Of a stretch of 64,000 nt of DNA, positions 54,571 to 64,000 are shown piece after piece; position 1 is the first letter of the stretch; every line of letters begins with the position of its first letter. The notes below the pieces were generated by a model that ran no database searches, was not told the origin of the DNA, and saw nothing but the letters and a program-made list of their open reading frames with translations. The stretch comes from Escherichia coli. GTDB taxonomy: Bacteria; Pseudomonadota; Gammaproteobacteria; Enterobacterales; Enterobacteriaceae. Where the stretch lies: NCBI RefSeq assembly GCF_044324785.1, contig NZ_CP172127.1; one strand, written 5' to 3'. The translations under genes were made by a program, and so were the position numbers.

Positions 54571-55782
54571 TTATTCGGTTGCCAGCCAGCTTAACGGGAT
54601 TGCAGCGTACATCGCGGCACAGGTCACCAGGTGAGATTTCCAGGTTTTTTCGTTAGGTGCATGCGCTTCAGGTTCTTTACCCGGGCCAAAGCCGATCACC
54701 GGAATGCCGTGACGGCCCATGATAGATACGCCGTTAGTTGAGAAGGTCCACTTATCAACAACCGGCGCTTTGCCAAACAGCCCTTCGTAGGCATTCACCA
54801 GTGCTTTAACGGTGAAGTGATCTTCTTCCACTTTCCAGGTCGGGAAGTAGCATTCGGTTGGGTAAACCAGGCCAGTCCAGGACGGACGGTCGTAGTTGTA
54901 CATAGAAACAACCGCGTTAGCTTTCTGTACTGCAGGCAGGGCGCGGATTTCGTCCAGCGCGCCTTCCCAGGTTTCGCCCCAGGTCAGACGGCGGTCAATA
55001 GAGACGGCGCAGCTATCTGCTACTGCGCAACGGCTTGGGGATGTGAAGAAGATTTCAGAAACGGTGAGGGTGCCTTTGCCGAGGAATTCGTCATAACCCA
55101 GACGTTGGGAGAGTTCTTGTAATTCGCCAAGAATCGGACCCATTTTGAAAATGGCGTTGTCACCGCGTTCTGGTGCAGAACCGTGGCAGCTAACACCCTG
55201 AACATCAATACGAATTTCCATACGACCGCGTTGACCACGGTATACCTGGCAATCAGTCGGTTCAGTACTGACCACAAATTCCGGGCGAATGCCGGATTGT
55301 TCAATAATGTACTGCCAGCACAGACCGTCGCAGTCTTCTTCCTGCACCGTACCGGTAACCAGCAGGGTATATTCATCTTCCAGACCGAGGTCTTTAATGA
55401 TTTTACCGGCATAAACCATAGAGGCCATGCCGCCTTCCTGGTCGGAAGTACCGCGACCACCGATCAGTTCATCAGTTTCCATGCCTTCGTACGGATCGAA
55501 GTCCCAGTTTTTGATGTTGCCAATGCCGACGGTATCAATATGAGCGTCCATTGCCACCAGACGCGGGCCGTGGCCGATATAACCGAGAACGTTGCCCATC
55601 GGGTCGATTTCAACTTTATCGAAGCCGACTTTTTCCATCTCTTCTTTAATACGATGTACTACGCGTTTTTCATCGCAGCTTTCACTGGGAATAGCAACCA
55701 TATCGCGCAGAAAGCGAGTCATGTCTGCCTGGTAATCTTTTGCTTTTTCAAGAATCAGTTTGAATGGAATATTCTTAGCCAT
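54571..55782 (-). CDS. ygeY: M20-family metallopeptidase/deacylase (ArgE/DapE-like), 403 aa
   Basis: Full ORF; M20 family features (e.g. HIDTVG). Confidence 0.85.
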
Positions 55783-55839
55783 TATTTTTCTCCAGATTTT
55801 TTACTCCCCGTTTTGCGGGGAGCAGTTCCAATAGGGTGA

Positions 55840-57036
55840 TTAAGGTGCTACAGCGTGTTTGCCTTCCCAGACAACTTCGCGGTAGTGCTTCACGTCTGTG
55901 TCGCCTTCAGTGCTGATAACCAGCACTACGGCATCTTTGTTCAGCGCCAGTTTTTCCATCAGGCTTTGACGTTGCGGGTGATAATGAACCGCTGCGAGAA
56001 CGCCCAAACCGACAGCGCCAGATTCACCGGAGATGATGCGTGGATCGTTGCCGTACGGATTACCCAGTACGCGCATACCTAATGCGGCAACGCTGTCCTG
56101 GCAGGAGATGAATTGGGTGGCGCAGTTACGTAGGATTTCCCAGCCCAGCGGGTTAGGTTCGCCACAGGCCAGGCCTGCCATGATGGTGGCCATATCACCG
56201 CCAACGTTGACGATGTCGCCTTTGACGCCAGAGCGATAAATACAGTCAGCTTTGTCAGGTTCAACAATAATGCTGTGCAGATTTTGCGGGCTGTAGACGT
56301 CGACCAGATAACCCAGCACACCACCAGCCATTGCACCGACACCGGCTTGCAGCAGAACGTGCGTCGGGGTTACGCCCATTTCACGCATTTGCTCGACGGC
56401 TTCATCTGCCAGTGTTGCGTAGCCTTGCATGATCCAGGTTGGGATTTTGGTGTAACCTTCCCAGGCGGTATCTTGCACCACTTCCCAGCCGTGCTGCTGC
56501 GCGTGTTGCATGGTCAGGCGAACGGTATCGTCATAGTTCATATCCGTGACGATGCACTCGGCACCGAGGTTCAGAATGGCGTCAACGCGTTCCTGAGCAG
56601 AACCTTTCGGCATGTAAATCACCGCATTCTGTCCGAGTTGCTGTGCTGCCCACGCCACACCGCGCCCGTGGTTGCCGTCGGTGGTGGTCGCGAAAGTCAT
56701 TTTTTCGCCGATGGCATTTTTCAGGTGCTCAAATGACAGCGTTTCGATATCAAGATGATATTTTTCGCACAATAATTGAGCGATGGCGTATGCACCGCCG
56801 AGCATTTTGAAGGCGTTCAGACCGAATCGTTTTGATTCGTCTTTGACGAGAATTTTCTTCACACCAAAAAGGTTTGCGAGATCGTCCAGCGCACAAAGCG
56901 GTGTTGGGCGATAACCAGCAATTTTCTGGTGGAACTGGCGCGCCAGTTTGGCCTGGCTTTGCGAAAAGAGCGGTGATGTTTCGCCGTTGAAAAATTTGTT
57001 ATCGGCGATATCAATCTTCAATGAGAAAACGGACAT
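55840..57036 (-). CDS. ygeX: PLP-dependent 2,3-diaminopropionate ammonia-lyase, 398 aa
   Basis: Fold-type-II PLP motif around SKRFGLNAFKMLGG; full ORF; synonym dpaL. Confidence 0.85.
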   Translation of the reverse strand: MSVFSLKIDIADNKFFNGETSPLFSQSQAKLARQFHQKIAGYRPTPLCALDDLANLFGVKKILVKDESKRFGLNAFKMLGGAYAIAQLLCEKYHLDIETLSFEHLKNAIGEKMTFATTTDGNHGRGVAWAAQQLGQNAVIYMPKGSAQERVDAILNLGAECIVTDMNYDDTVRLTMQHAQQHGWEVVQDTAWEGYTKIPTWIMQGYATLADEAVEQMREMGVTPTHVLLQAGVGAMAGGVLGYLVDVYSPQNLHSIIVEPDKADCIYRSGVKGDIVNVGGDMATIMAGLACGEPNPLGWEILRNCATQFISCQDSVAALGMRVLGNPYGNDPRIISGESGAVGLGVLAAVHYHPQRQSLMEKLALNKDAVVLVISTEGDTDVKHYREVVWEGKHAVAP

Positions 57037-57093
57037 ATCCTATCCTTTTGGCCTCTGGAAATAGAGGGCCGACCAGCTGATCGGCCCGAGGGG

Positions 57094-58284
57094 TTATTTC
57101 ACGCGTTCTTGCGCTTCTTTCAGCAGTTGCTCGAGCAGTGCACCTGGTTTGGCGTATTTACGGGACAGGATCATCGCGGCGATGATATAAGGCTTCCAGC
57201 TGGCTTCTTTGTAGGTCGCGATACGGTATTTTTCGAATACGCCTTCAGTCACTTCACCTTCTTTGCAGGATACGCCGCTGATATCAGCTGGCAGGCAGTG
57301 CATGTACAGGGCTTCGCCATCACGGGTCAGTTCCATCATCTCTTCGGTGCAATGCCAGTCTTTGTGCTGAGCGTTCTGCGCCAGACACTGTTTTTCCAGT
57401 GCTTTTAAGCCTTCGTGATCGTTAGCGCGCAGCAATTCAGTACGCTCTTCCATCACTTTGTAAGGTGCCCATGACTTCGGATAAACGATGTCTGCGTCTT
57501 TGAAGGCTTCTTCCATGCTGGTGACCTGACGGAAGCTACCGCCGGAGGCTTTAGCATTGTTTTTAGCGACTTCAACGACATCCGGGATCAGGTCGTAGCC
57601 TTCCGGATGGGCCAGGGTGACATCCATACCGAAGCGAGTCATCAGACCGATGATGCCTTGTGGTACAGAGAGCGGTTTGCCATAGCTTGGGGAGTAGGCC
57701 CAGGTCATGGCGATTTTTTTACCTTTCAGGTTTTCCAGTGAACCAAAGTGTTCACGTAACCATGCGAGGTCAGCCATTGACTGAGTCGGGTGGTCAATAT
57801 CGCATTGCAGGTTCACTAAAGCCGGACGCTGCGGCAGTACGCCCTGCTTGTAGCCGTCATCAAGTGCAGCGCCAACTTCACGCATATAAGCGTTGCCTGC
57901 GCCCAGATACATATCGTCACGAATACCGATGGCATCGGCGCAGAAGGAGATCATATTGGCGGTTTCACGCACGGTTTCGCCGTGAGCGATTTGTGATTTG
58001 CCTTCGTCGAGATCTTGCTGTGCAAGGCCGAGCAGGTTAAGCGCGGAAGCATAAGAGAAGCGGGTACGGGTGGAGTTGTCGCGGAATACGGAAATACCTA
58101 ATCCACTATTAAAGACTTTGGTTGAGATGTTTTCAGCACGCAGTGCTTTTAATGCTGCGGCAACGTCCAGTACTTGTTTCAGTTCATCTGGCGTCTGTTC
58201 CCACGTTAACAAAAAATCTTTCTCGTGAAGGTGAGAGGTCAGCGAATTGATATCCTTAATCAGCTCATTAACAGTTTTCATCAT
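57094..58284 (-). CDS. ygeW: carbamoyltransferase (ATCase/OTCase family) of unknown substrate, 396 aa
   Basis: Carbamoyl-phosphate-binding STRTR motif and HCLP motif both present. Confidence 0.85.
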   Translation of the reverse strand: MMKTVNELIKDINSLTSHLHEKDFLLTWEQTPDELKQVLDVAAALKALRAENISTKVFNSGLGISVFRDNSTRTRFSYASALNLLGLAQQDLDEGKSQIAHGETVRETANMISFCADAIGIRDDMYLGAGNAYMREVGAALDDGYKQGVLPQRPALVNLQCDIDHPTQSMADLAWLREHFGSLENLKGKKIAMTWAYSPSYGKPLSVPQGIIGLMTRFGMDVTLAHPEGYDLIPDVVEVAKNNAKASGGSFRQVTSMEEAFKDADIVYPKSWAPYKVMEERTELLRANDHEGLKALEKQCLAQNAQHKDWHCTEEMMELTRDGEALYMHCLPADISGVSCKEGEVTEGVFEKYRIATYKEASWKPYIIAAMILSRKYAKPGALLEQLLKEAQERVK

Positions 58285-58760
58285 AAAGTCCCGGTAGTGG
58301 AATGACAGGCAAAGAGGTTTATTTCACTGTGACTTGCCAAAAGTGATTGGTCTTTTCACAGCTATACCTGGGACTAACAATAACTATGCCAGAATTATCC
58401 AAGCGGCTGCAAAAGACTAATTTGACGGGTAATGTGTGGGGTTGATCACAAATTGATGCCAGCTTCTGGTTGTTTGTAAAATACGAAAACGTTTGGCTTT
58501 TTTTATCGCGTTATTTATTTGCTGCTAAGTATCAGAAATAAGATAAAGGGGCAGGTTATCCCTCGTCAGTTTGATAAACTCACCGCCGTAATTCTCATAT
58601 TGATATAGAAATGTGATATCTCTTCCATAATTTCATTAGAAAGTGATAAAAATCTTATGTTTTTATCAAAGCCAATTTCGTCTGAGTTAATATCATCATG
58701 ATCTGTGAACCATCAACGTCTTCAATGATCGACTTTTAAGTAAGTCTGGAAGGTAAAGCT

Positions 58761-60539
58761 ATGGAGCTTGCTACTACGCAGTCAGTACTGATGCAAATTC
58801 AACCGACAATTCAGCGTTTTGCCAGAATGCTTGCCAGCGTTTTGCAGCTTGAGGTTGAGATCGTTGATGAAAACTTGTGTCGCGTCGCCGGAACGGGCGC
58901 GTATGGGAAGTTTCTTGGTCGCCAGTTGAGCGGCAACTCACGCCTGCTCCGCCACGTCCTGGAAACGAAAACTGAAAAAGTTGTGACACAATCTCGCTTC
59001 GATCCCCTTTGCGAAGGTTGCGATAGTAAAGAAAATTGCCGTGAAAAAGCATTTCTGGGTACGCCTGTCATTTTACAGGATCGTTGTGTTGGGGTGATAA
59101 GTTTGATTGCCGTTACCCACGAGCAACAAGAACATATCAGTGATAATTTACGCGAATTTTCTGATTACGTTCGCCATATATCCACCATTTTTGTTTCGAA
59201 ACTTCTGGAGGATCAGGGGCCAGGAGATAACATCAGTAAAATATTCGCGACCATGATCGATAATATGGATCAGGGCGTATTAGTTGTTGATGATGAAAGT
59301 CGGGTTCAGTTTGTTAATCAGACTGCCTTAAAAACACTCGGTGTTGTGCAAAATAATATTATTGGGAAACCTATCCGTTTCAGACCATTAACATTTGAGA
59401 GTAATTTTACCCATGGACATATGCAGCATATTGTTTCGTGGGACGATAAAAGTGAATTAATCATTGGTCAATTGCATAACATTCAGGGCCGACAATTATT
59501 TTTAATGGCGTTTCACCAATCGCATACCAGTTTTTCTGTAGCAAATGCACCTGATGAACCGCATATTGAACAATTGGTTGGCGAGTGCCGTGTTATGCGG
59601 CAATTAAAACGACTCATTAGCCGTATTGCACCCAGCCCATCCAGCGTTATGGTGGTTGGTGAAAGCGGCACGGGTAAAGAAGTCGTCGCCCGTGCAATCC
59701 ATAAGTTGAGCGGAAGACGGAATAAACCTTTTATTGCTATCAACTGTGCCGCGATTCCGGAGCAGCTTCTGGAGAGCGAACTGTTCGGTTATGTTAAAGG
59801 CGCATTTACTGGCGCTTCTGCCAACGGTAAAACAGGGTTGATTCAGGCGGCGAATACGGGCACGCTGTTTCTCGATGAAATAGGTGATATGCCATTAATG
59901 TTGCAGGCTAAATTACTGCGCGCTATTGAGGCGCGTGAAATTCTGCCGATTGGTGCCAGTAGCCCAATACAAGTCGACATCCGCATCATTTCTGCAACTA
60001 ATCAGAATTTGGCCCAGTTCATTGCCGAAGGTAAATTCCGCGAAGATCTCTTCTACCGACTTAATGTTATCCCGATAACTCTTCCACCGCTGCGTGAACG
60101 TCAGGAAGATATTGAACTACTAGTGCATTACTTTTTACATCTGCATACCCGTCGTCTGGGATCGGTTTATCCTGGCATTGCTCCTGATGTCGTCGAAATA
60201 TTGCGTAAGCATCGTTGGCCCGGAAACCTGCGCGAGTTAAGCAATTTGATGGAATATCTGGTTAACGTTGTTCCTTCAGGTGAAGTTATCGATAGCACGC
60301 TATTGCCGCCAAATCTGCTGAATAATGGCACAACGGAACAAAGTGATGTAACAGAGGTCAGCGAGGCGCACCTCGCACTCGATGATGCGGGCGGCACGGC
60401 GCTGGAGGAGATGGAAAAGCAAATGATCCGCGAGGCGCTTTCACGTCATAACAGCAAGAAGCAAGTTGCTGATGAACTGGGCATCGGCATTGCTACGCTC
60501 TATCGCAAGATTAAAAAATATGAGTTGTTAAACACATAA
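58761..60539 (+). CDS. ygeV: sigma54-dependent transcriptional activator (bEBP) with N-terminal sensor domain, 592 aa
   Basis: Walker A GESGTGKE, sigma54-contact GAFTGA, C-terminal HTH IGIATLYRKIKKY. Confidence 0.9.
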   Translation: MELATTQSVLMQIQPTIQRFARMLASVLQLEVEIVDENLCRVAGTGAYGKFLGRQLSGNSRLLRHVLETKTEKVVTQSRFDPLCEGCDSKENCREKAFLGTPVILQDRCVGVISLIAVTHEQQEHISDNLREFSDYVRHISTIFVSKLLEDQGPGDNISKIFATMIDNMDQGVLVVDDESRVQFVNQTALKTLGVVQNNIIGKPIRFRPLTFESNFTHGHMQHIVSWDDKSELIIGQLHNIQGRQLFLMAFHQSHTSFSVANAPDEPHIEQLVGECRVMRQLKRLISRIAPSPSSVMVVGESGTGKEVVARAIHKLSGRRNKPFIAINCAAIPEQLLESELFGYVKGAFTGASANGKTGLIQAANTGTLFLDEIGDMPLMLQAKLLRAIEAREILPIGASSPIQVDIRIISATNQNLAQFIAEGKFREDLFYRLNVIPITLPPLRERQEDIELLVHYFLHLHTRRLGSVYPGIAPDVVEILRKHRWPGNLRELSNLMEYLVNVVPSGEVIDSTLLPPNLLNNGTTEQSDVTEVSEAHLALDDAGGTALEEMEKQMIREALSRHNSKKQVADELGIGIATLYRKIKKYELLNT

Positions 60540-60548
60540 CCTCAGTGA

Positions 60549-60576
60549 ATCCGGCCTGAATTCAGGCCGGATATCC
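60549..60576. terminator. perfect palindrome ATCCGGCCTGAATTCAGGCCGGAT followed by CCTTTT between convergent ygeV and xdhC
   Basis: Read directly. Confidence 0.7.
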
Positions 60577-60578
60577 TT

Positions 60579-61058
60579 TTACTTCGTTTTCTCGCAATCC
60601 AGAACTGTATTTACAATCATCTGATACCCCGTGCAGCGACAAAGATTTCCCGCCAGACCGCGACGAATTTCCGTAATGGTTAATGGCTTCTCGCGTGGTT
60701 TCGCCAACATTGCCGTGGTAGCCATAATCAGGCCTGGCGTACAAAACCCGCACTGCACCGCGCCGGATTTCGCATAAGCCTGCTGAACATGAGAAAGTTT
60801 TCCGCCTTTCGCTTCACCTTCCAGCGTGCGGATCTCTTTTCCTTCAGCCCAGGCGGCAAGGTATAAGCAACTGTCTATTGCTGTGCCGTCGACCAGCACC
60901 GTACAGGCACCACATTCACCCACGCAGCACCCTTGTTTGACACTTAACAGTCCTTGATCGCGGAGTAATTCCGAGAGCGGCATGCCTGGTGCGGCGTGAA
61001 GCTGAAAAGGCATCCCGTTAATGGTGCATTCGATGGTAATTGTTTCGCTGTGATTCAT
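60579..61058 (-). CDS. xdhC: xanthine dehydrogenase 2x[2Fe-2S] subunit, 159 aa
   Basis: [18 protein letters not shown] and CRCTGY motifs. Confidence 0.9.
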   Translation of the reverse strand: MNHSETITIECTINGMPFQLHAAPGMPLSELLRDQGLLSVKQGCCVGECGACTVLVDGTAIDSCLYLAAWAEGKEIRTLEGEAKGGKLSHVQQAYAKSGAVQCGFCTPGLIMATTAMLAKPREKPLTITEIRRGLAGNLCRCTGYQMIVNTVLDCEKTK

Positions 61059-61933
61059 TGCAATTTTCCCCCCGCCGCGGCGACGGCTTCGCTAATCACT
61101 TTTTTGGTCATCGTCTGGATGAGATGCAGACGAAACTCTTTACTGGCCCGCCATGAAGAACGCGGGGCGACATCTTGCAGGACAGATTCGCTGATAGCTT
61201 CCAGCGTTTGCAGGTTTAATGGCGCATTTTGTGCAGTCTGTTCGGCATGTTGGCAGCGAATCGGCGTTGGCGCGGCAACACCAAATGCCAGACGTAATTC
61301 GCTGAAATTGCCGTTATCCAGTCGGCAATGTGCGGCGCAGCCAATCGTTGAAATATCCATTGCGTCGCGCATGGCATATTTAAAATGCGCGCTGCCCGCG
61401 TGTTCTTTCGGCTGGGGCGGAAAATGAAAGGCGACAAGGATTTCGTCATGCTCAAGAGACACTTTGCCCGGCCCAGTGTGAAAGCCATTAATCGGGACGA
61501 AACGAACACCGCGCGGGGAGTGAATCTCCAGTTTCGCGTCATAAATTAGCGTTGGCGTGGCAGAATCTGCGCTGGTAGCACCGTTGCAAATATTTCCACC
61601 GTAGGTAGCGACGTTACGGATCTGCGGTCCGGCAATGGATGAGGCCGCAGCACATAACGCCGGGAGATGACGTTGAGTTACAGGATCTTCAATGAGCTGG
61701 GTAAATGTCGTTGCAGAGCCGATACGTAGCGAGCCATCTTCCGCCAGCGTAATTCCCCGCAGCTCCGCCAGATTGTGAATATCAACAATATGGCGATAAC
61801 GGTCATTGTGATGGTGGAGCTGAATCAGTACGTCAGTGCCACCGGCGAGCAGTTTGGCCTGCGGGTTGTCAGCCAGCAGGTTGATGGCATCGGCAAGGGT
61901 TGCTGCGCGATGGTAAGAAGCAAAATCAAACAT
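61055..61933 (-). CDS. xdhB: xanthine dehydrogenase FAD-binding subunit, 292 aa
   Basis: Full ORF; FAD-binding N-terminus LLAGGTDVL; 4-nt overlap with xdhC. Confidence 0.9.
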   Translation of the reverse strand: MFDFASYHRAATLADAINLLADNPQAKLLAGGTDVLIQLHHHNDRYRHIVDIHNLAELRGITLAEDGSLRIGSATTFTQLIEDPVTQRHLPALCAAASSIAGPQIRNVATYGGNICNGATSADSATPTLIYDAKLEIHSPRGVRFVPINGFHTGPGKVSLEHDEILVAFHFPPQPKEHAGSAHFKYAMRDAMDISTIGCAAHCRLDNGNFSELRLAFGVAAPTPIRCQHAEQTAQNAPLNLQTLEAISESVLQDVAPRSSWRASKEFRLHLIQTMTKKVISEAVAAAGGKLQ

Positions 61934-61943
61934 GATGTTATCC

Positions 61944-64000
61944 TCAAATCAATCCTGCCAGATGGAACTCTTCATATAACCGTTTTGGCGTCAGCGGCAG
62001 TGTATTGATTGCAACACCGGTAGCCATCTTCACCGCGTTACGAATAGCAGCGGCAACAGGAATTATGGGTGGCTCACCCAGTGACTTATGTCCGTATGCG
62101 GATTGCGGCTCATTGATTTCGACGAACGCGCTTTCCAGTTGTGGCAGATCCGGCATGGTCGGCATTTTGTAATCCAGCAGATTGGGGTTACGGACCACGC
62201 CGCTTTTCGCATCAATGATCATCTCTTCAAATAGCGCCCAGCCAATGCCCATTCCCATTCCGCCGTGTACCTGACCTTCTGCCAGTAGCGGATTAAGAAT
62301 ATGGCCCGAATCATGAACGTTGAGGATGCGGTTGATGGTGACTTTGCACAGCGCAATATCGATCGTCAGATCAACAAAGGTACAGCCAAATGCCGGTGGG
62401 TTAGTGGTGGTTTTGATGGAGCTTTCAGCAGAGAGCTGCCCGCCGCGTTCAGGGTGGTAGAAAGCGTCCATCGCCAAATCTTTTAACGACATTAACGGCT
62501 CTTCCGGTCGTTCAATCAGCACGATATGGCCTTTTATCAGGGTCAGATTCATCGCTGACTGATGTAGCATGACTGCGGCGTGAGCGATGATTTTCTCTTT
62601 TAATAACAGTGCCGCACTGCGCAGCGCAGGCGCGGCAACATAGCTCTGGCGTGAGGCAAATGCGCCGGGATCGAACGGCGTAACGTCGGTATCTTGTGTT
62701 GAAATAACGCGAACGTCGCTGACCGGAACCCCCACGGTTTCTGCCACCATTTGCGAGAAGACAGTGTCGGCACCCTGACCGATTTCTGTCGCGCCGCTTT
62801 GCACGTTGATGGTTCCATCCTGATTCATCAACAGGCGCGCGCCTGCTATTTCTACGCCGACAGGCCAGGTGTTAGAGGTGTAGCTAAAACAGGCGACGCC
62901 AACGCCGCGGCGTAAATTGCCTTGCTGGTTCTGGCACTCTGCACGGCGTTTTTCCCATTCAAAGATTTTCCGGCCTTTTTCAAGACACTCCGGCAACCCT
63001 GCGCTGTAAATACGTTTGCCTGTGAGCGGATTAGCATCTCCTTCGCGGGCGGCGTTGCGTAAACGAATTTCAACAGGATCAATACCTAACGCTGTCGCGG
63101 CGTCATCAAGCATAGACTCAACGGCAAATACGACTTGTGGCGCGCCATAACCACGCATCGCACCAGCCGAGGGGAGGTTGGTATAGCAGGTCTTTGAACT
63201 GTAAGCGTAGGCACAACGAGGATAAAGGTAAGCGACTTTATTCCCCCCCGCAGAAGCGATGGAGTGCCCGTGAGATGCATAAGCGCCGGTGTTAGACAGA
63301 ACATCCAGACTATAACCTTTCAATGTTCCGTCGCGGTTCACGCCCATTTGCCCGTCAATAGTGAAAGCGTGGCGGGTTCGGGTTGCGAGGAAACATTCTT
63401 CACGACTAAGGGAAACTTTCACCGGAATGCCGCCAAGCTTGCTGGTCAGGAATGCCGCCATTGGCTCTTCCAGAACATCCTGTTTATTACCAAAACCGCC
63501 ACCGACAAACGGTTTGATAACTCGTACGCATGACCAGGGAATATCCAGCGCCTGACCAACGACGCGGCGAACAATGTGCGGGATCTGGGTGCTGGAAACG
63601 ATGGTAATTCGAGAGTCATCCTCCATCCATGCCAGCGATGTCACGCTTTCCATGTGACAATGTTGAATGACCGGCGTCTGATAGTGCCCCTGTACCTGGT
63701 AGTCGGCGGCATCGATTGTTTGTTGGACATTACCCGTCGACATCGTGCTTTGTTTTAGTAAATTGCCGCCGTTATGGATTGGTGCAGCGTCATCTGCCAG
63801 CGCCGCTTCTGGCGTGGTGATAACGGGTAATTCTTGCCACTCAATGCTGACCAATTGCGCCGCTTTTTCTGCCGTGAGTTCATCACGGGCCACGACGATG
63901 GCAACGGCGTCACCATGATGACGAACATGGCGAGTTAGCAGTGCGCGATCGGCGGTATCGCGCTTGTTTTCGTCAAGTGTCCAGGCATGCCCAGCTGTAG
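61944..64000 (-). CDS. xdhA: xanthine dehydrogenase molybdopterin-binding subunit; 3-prime ~685 codons only, the start lies beyond the window end
   Basis: Frame stays open upstream of the ORF-track start through to position 64000; Mo-hydroxylase family sequence. Confidence 0.85.
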   Translation of the reverse strand, partial: TAGHAWTLDENKRDTADRALLTRHVRHHGDAVAIVVARDELTAEKAAQLVSIEWQELPVITTPEAALADDAAPIHNGGNLLKQSTMSTGNVQQTIDAADYQVQGHYQTPVIQHCHMESVTSLAWMEDDSRITIVSSTQIPHIVRRVVGQALDIPWSCVRVIKPFVGGGFGNKQDVLEEPMAAFLTSKLGGIPVKVSLSREECFLATRTRHAFTIDGQMGVNRDGTLKGYSLDVLSNTGAYASHGHSIASAGGNKVAYLYPRCAYAYSSKTCYTNLPSAGAMRGYGAPQVVFAVESMLDDAATALGIDPVEIRLRNAAREGDANPLTGKRIYSAGLPECLEKGRKIFEWEKRRAECQNQQGNLRRGVGVACFSYTSNTWPVGVEIAGARLLMNQDGTINVQSGATEIGQGADTVFSQMVAETVGVPVSDVRVISTQDTDVTPFDPGAFASRQSYVAAPALRSAALLLKEKIIAHAAVMLHQSAMNLTLIKGHIVLIERPEEPLMSLKDLAMDAFYHPERGGQLSAESSIKTTTNPPAFGCTFVDLTIDIALCKVTINRILNVHDSGHILNPLLAEGQVHGGMGMGIGWALFEEMIIDAKSGVVRNPNLLDYKMPTMPDLPQLESAFVEINEPQSAYGHKSLGEPPIIPVAAAIRNAVKMATGVAINTLPLTPKRLYEEFHLAGLI

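Noticed and set aside
58360-58392. Sigma54-like match TGGCAT-N5-TTGTT upstream of ygeW
   Set aside because: Lacks the near-invariant -12 GC; kept only as a weak mention in the YgeV finding

Overview
This window reads as a 64-kb segment of an Escherichia coli K-12-like chromosome, in reverse-complement orientation relative to the usual K-12 map, running from scpC (partial) to xdhA (partial). All gene calls rest on reading the supplied ORF translations and the DNA by eye, plus my recollection of E. coli protein N-termini and gene order; no database search was run. The first ~31 kb is ordinary core genome: the sbm/scpA-argK-scpB-scpC operon, argP, rpiA, serA, the ibsC/sibC type I toxin-antitoxin, ygfA with 6S RNA (ssrS), zapA, ygfB-pepP-ubiH-ubiI, gcvTHP, bglA, yqfB, yqfA, ygfZ, sdhE-ygfX, fldB, xerD-dsbC-recJ, prfB (with its +1 frameshift), lysS and idi. 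The remaining ~32 kb (uacT to xdhA) is the most interesting part: one contiguous block of 25 genes combining purine permeases, guanine deaminase, two xanthine-dehydrogenase-type molybdoenzymes, large Fe-S flavoproteins, selenium/molybdenum-cofactor maturation genes, three ring-opening amidohydrolases, a carbamoyltransferase/carbamate-kinase pair and a sigma54 activator (ygeV). I read this as a largely uncharacterised anaerobic purine/urate catabolic system. Within it I found by eye two candidate sigma54 promoters (upstream of ygfK and uacT), a perfect CRP core site, a candidate enhancer palindrome, and a cysteine-less Fe-S-like domain in XdhD. No CRISPR array, IS element or prophage was seen.
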